64,000 nucleotides of DNA. Origin: Dendrobates tinctorius. Lineage: Eukaryota. The stretch is from the NCBI RefSeq assembly GCF_039654945.1, contig NW_027361672.1, positions 14,074,001 through 14,138,000 of the forward strand, written 5' to 3'. Below the pieces are notes generated by a model that worked only from the letters and a program-made list of their open reading frames with translations, did no database searches and was not told the DNA's origin. Positions within the stretch are counted from its first letter, which is position 1; each line of letters starts with the position of its first letter. Of the stretch, positions 63,787-64,000 are shown one piece after another. A program made the translations under genes and the position numbers.

Positions 63787-64000
63787 AAGAGTCTTGAGGA
63801 GATCATTTGCATATTCCCAGTGCCTTCTGGGATAAGTGAAGAGTCTCCGCGAGCTCAACGATCACTGGGTTTTGGCCGTTGCAGCTGAAAAGAGGAAATC
63901 GGAAAACCAGGGGAAGAGTCTTGAGGAGATCATTTGCATATTCCCAGTGCCTTCTGGGATAAGTGAAGAGTCTCCGCGAGCTCAACGATCACTGGGTTTT
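63787..64000. repeat. 127-bp tandem repeat running off the window end
   Basis: aagagtcttgaggagatcatttgcat... at 63787 and 63914, identical over the overlap. Confidence 0.9.

Overview
Eukaryotic, repeat-saturated genomic DNA. The TE repertoire (Tc1, TTAA piggyBac-like and Kolobok/T2-like MITEs, Harbinger and hAT MITEs, L2, CR1, Gypsy, BEL, Penelope) suggests a vertebrate, most likely a frog; this is inferred, not proven. No host gene could be identified with confidence. Many elements are nested, and their order can be read from target-site duplications (TSDs). Main points: (1) a young Neptune-type Penelope-like element with an intact RT plus GIY-YIG ORF (25682-27376), and an ORF-less sister insertion (20241-21644) made of tandem and inverted pseudo-LTRs; together they carry four hammerhead ribozyme motifs. 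(2) A very recent non-autonomous LTR element (55599-59447) with near-identical LTRs, a perfect tRNA-Ser PBS, a PPT, no pol and one intact 375-aa ORF of unknown function; it shares cis signals with a decayed full-length Gypsy (35491-42896). (3) A tentative chain of phase-compatible + strand exon-like segments that may be a decaying host gene, one of them split by the Penelope insertion. Coordinates of degenerate fragments are approximate.
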